Source of the DNA: Prasinococcaceae sp. CCMP 1430
Taxonomy: Eukaryota > Plantae > Prasinodermophyta
DNA: 7,415 nt
Reading direction: 5' to 3'
NCBI GenBank assembly: GCA_013416795.1
Contig: RQSC01000031.1
Coordinates: 288,083-295,497 of the forward strand
The notes under the pieces were generated by a model that worked only from the letters and a program-made list of their open reading frames with translations, had not been told where the DNA came from and searched no databases. A program made the position numbers and the translations under genes. Positions 5,458 through 7,415 of this stretch are shown piece by piece (position 1 is the first letter of the stretch; each line of letters begins with the position of its first letter).

Positions 5458-7415
5458 AGCTGCTGCTGCGCCGCTGGCGCGGCCTGCAAGGCCTGGATGA
5501 CCGCCTGCTGCTGCTCCAGTAAGGCGCGGAGCTCGTCCACCTCGCTGCGAAGGGAAGCGCCCTCCTGCGCCGCCGACTGTTGCGGCCGCTGCTGGTGTTT
5601 GGTCTGCCTACGCTTGGTCCGCGGCGTGCCCTGCGCGGGCTGAGCCTCAGCCTGGTCGATGCACATATCCTCGGCGGCCGCCGCCGTCTCGGTCGCCTCG
5701 AGGTTCGCCTTGCGCTTGGCGAGGGCGCTGTCGCCCCTGACGCGCTTGGGGGTGGGCGTGAGCTCGGGTGCGATGCCGTGACGCTCCAGACGCGCGCGCA
5801 GCGCGGCCGCTTCGGCAGTCTTGCGCTCGGCAACCTCGGTGAGCTCGCGCAGCCGCACACGGACCGACGGCGGCAGCGACGACTCGTCGATCTCGCCTCG
5901 CGATGCCGAGCTCCCGCCTGGCGCGGCGATGCTCTTGGAGCGCGCGCGCGAGCTTGCGGCAGCGGCGGGCCGCGGGCGCGCCCCCGCCCCCGCGGGCGGC
6001 TTGCCCGCGCCCGCCGGGCCGCCGCCCGCCATGCTGACGCTGCGCGCGCGCGCCACAGCGCGCCCGCCGGCCTGCGAGGTCGGTACCGCCGCGTCCGGCG
6101 CGAGTGCGATCGGCGCGGGCGTGGGCGGCTCCGGCTTGAGCTCGCACTTGATGAGCTTGGCCTTGTCCGCCCAGTGCAGCGTGTTAGAGCTCTCCGAGAA
6201 GGAGCCCAGCGCCGGCGAGACGTTGGCGATCATCGCCGTGCGGCAATTGCCGCCCAGCGAGTCGCGGAGCAGCTTGGTGAGGTTGGAGTTGCGGAACGGC
6301 ACGTGGCGCTTGCCGGTGACCAGCGCGGTGATGCACGACGAGAGCGCCAGCAGGCTCTTGTTGATGTTGGCGCCCTCCACGGAGCGCGCGGTGCGCGCGT
6401 CGGTGGCCAGCGCTCGCTCCGAGCCGGCGAGGTCCACCAGCGAGAGCTTCCCCGCGCGCGAGGCGCCGCCGCGGCGCACCTCCACCTGCAGGATGGCGTG
6501 CGAGCGCGAGGAGGTCTCGTTGGCGCGCGTGGGCTCGCACGCGCGGCGGGCGTTGCCTCGATGCAGCATTTCCATCACCTGCGCGGCGTCGCGCGCCAGG
6601 TGCCTCGTGAGGCCCGCCACGGTGGTGCTGCCGCGCGAGTTCTCGCGGACGTGCAGCGGCGCGGCGGTCGAGGTGCCCGCGTCGGGCGCCAGCAGGTCCT
6701 TGACGTTCTCGCAGTATATCTCCAGCATGGAGATGTGCACCTCGGCCTCAGAGTCCTCCGCTCGCTCCAGGCGCGCGAAGAGCTCCTCGAGCGCCAGCAC
6801 CATGATGCCCGGATCCTCGCACGAACCAAGCATCTGCGGACGCCGGCGCGCGCGTTCGGACGCGCGCGCACGCGCGTGCGCGTGCACGTGCATGCGCGCA
6901 CGCGCGCGCGAGAGAGAGAGATTGAGATTGAGATTGAGAGAGAGAGCGCGGCTCACGTCAGCGCCGCGCTCGCGCACGGCCGCGCGCGGCCGCGCGCGCG
7001 CCGCGCTCGCGTACCGTGTGCGTCTTGCCCGCGCCGGTGGCGCCGTACGCGAAGATGGACGCGTTTTCTCCCTCGAGCACGGCGGGCACCAGCTTGGCCG
7101 CGGTGCTTTCGTAGGTCTCCTGCTGCGTGGCGGACGGCGCCAGCACGACGTCGAAGGCGTATTGCCTCACGCGCCCGCGCCCGACGCGCAGGTAGTCCCG
7201 CGCGCCCACGCTCTCGCACATGCGCAGCTCCTTGCCGACTGCCTCGTCCCTCGGCAGCGTTTCGAGGCAGCTCGCCGAGGAGGCAGCGCTCTCCTTGTCG
7301 CTCAGCGGGCGGACGCGCACGGCGACGGTCAGGTTGGCCGTCGTCGCGCGCGCGGCGGACGCCCCGCCGGTGACGGGCGCGGTGGGGGCGGCGCGCGCGG
7401 GGGTGGCGCCCGCAG
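5151..7415 (-). CDS. KIN8A: Kinesin-8 family motor protein (plant KIN8A-like), 5'-partial; complement(join(5151..6833,7015..>7415))
   Basis: NLTVAVRVRPL, loop-2 DYLRVGRGRVRQYAFD, P-loop YGATGAGKTHT|MLG across the splice, switch I NETSSRSHA, switch II LVDLAGSERALATD, and EGANINKSLLALSSCITAL, SLGGNCRTAMIANVSP, NTLHWADKAK (ERALATD and TLHWAD are typical of plant kinesin-8A). Low-complexity and coiled-coil tail; TGA at 5153-5151. Confidence 0.95.
5421..5468 (-). repeat. (CAG)3-CTG-(CAG)12 trinucleotide repeat encoding polyQ in the kinesin tail
   Basis: The plus strand has CTG x12 at 5421-5456, CAG at 5457-5459 and CTG x3 at 5460-5468. Confidence 0.95.
6834..7014 (-). other. Spliceosomal intron (181 nt, phase 0) of the kinesin gene
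   Basis: Donor ACG|GTACGC at 7014, acceptor CCGCAG|ATG at 6834. Removal restores GAGKTHTMLG. Confidence 0.95.
6860..6946. repeat. Compound intronic microsatellite: 51-nt alternating purine/pyrimidine tract followed by (GA)n-(GAGATT)3-(GA)n
   Basis: 6860-6910 alternates purine and pyrimidine without a break; 6910-6946 is GA repeats interrupted by three ATTG units. Confidence 0.85.

Noticed and set aside
5146-5643. Poly-Cys ORF (metallothionein-like appearance)
   Set aside because: Antisense reading of the kinesin CAG/polyQ repeats.
6834-6977. N-terminal extension of ORF 5151..6977 (LSLNLNLNLSLS...)
   Set aside because: Translation of intronic microsatellite; the true frame continues in the upstream exon ending at 7015.
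102-7373. Many long Arg/Ala/Pro-rich ORFs in the track (e.g. 102..1412 +, 1572..2756 +, 2379..3503 -, 4001..5188 -, 5580..7373 +)
   Set aside because: Shadow frames of very GC-rich coding DNA, where stop codons are rare. They have no motifs and overlap better-supported genes.
1-7415. A functionally linked gene cluster, CRISPR array, transposase, tRNA or rRNA
   Set aside because: The genes have unrelated functions and mixed orientation, and a probable assembly gap interrupts them. I saw no repeat-spacer array, transposase or RT motif, cloverleaf or rRNA signature. The three introns share no extended similarity that would indicate introner elements.

Overview
Very GC-rich, gene-dense eukaryotic DNA with GT-AG spliceosomal introns (donors GTGCGT/GTGCGC/GTACGC, CTGAC branch sites). 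It is most consistent with a prasinophyte-grade green alga (inferred from plant/cyanobacterial-type gene content and intron style). Five protein-coding loci are supported: (1) the 3' part of an SLC1/DAACS amino-acid:cation symporter (<1-1002, +) with unusual ion-site substitutions; (2) a fragment of an orphan, probably secreted, protein (957->1842, -) overlapping the symporter's 3' end and cut at a single N at 1843; (3) a probable plastid-targeted DUF948-like membrane protein, join(<1844-2346,3208-3420), +, with an 861-nt structured intron; (4) a prolyl-3-hydroxylase-like 2OG-Fe(II) dioxygenase, complement(join(3553-4278,4380-4613)), carrying a degenerate zinc-finger-like motif; (5) a plant-type kinesin-8, complement(join(5151-6833,7015->7415)), with a polyQ tail and an intron with an apparent distant branch point. 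Most other ORFs in the track are high-GC shadow ORFs. I see no mobile element, CRISPR array, rRNA or tRNA, and no convincing multi-gene novel system. The best leads are residue-level (transporter, oxygenase) and splicing/structure-level. All family assignments come from recalled motifs, not database searches.
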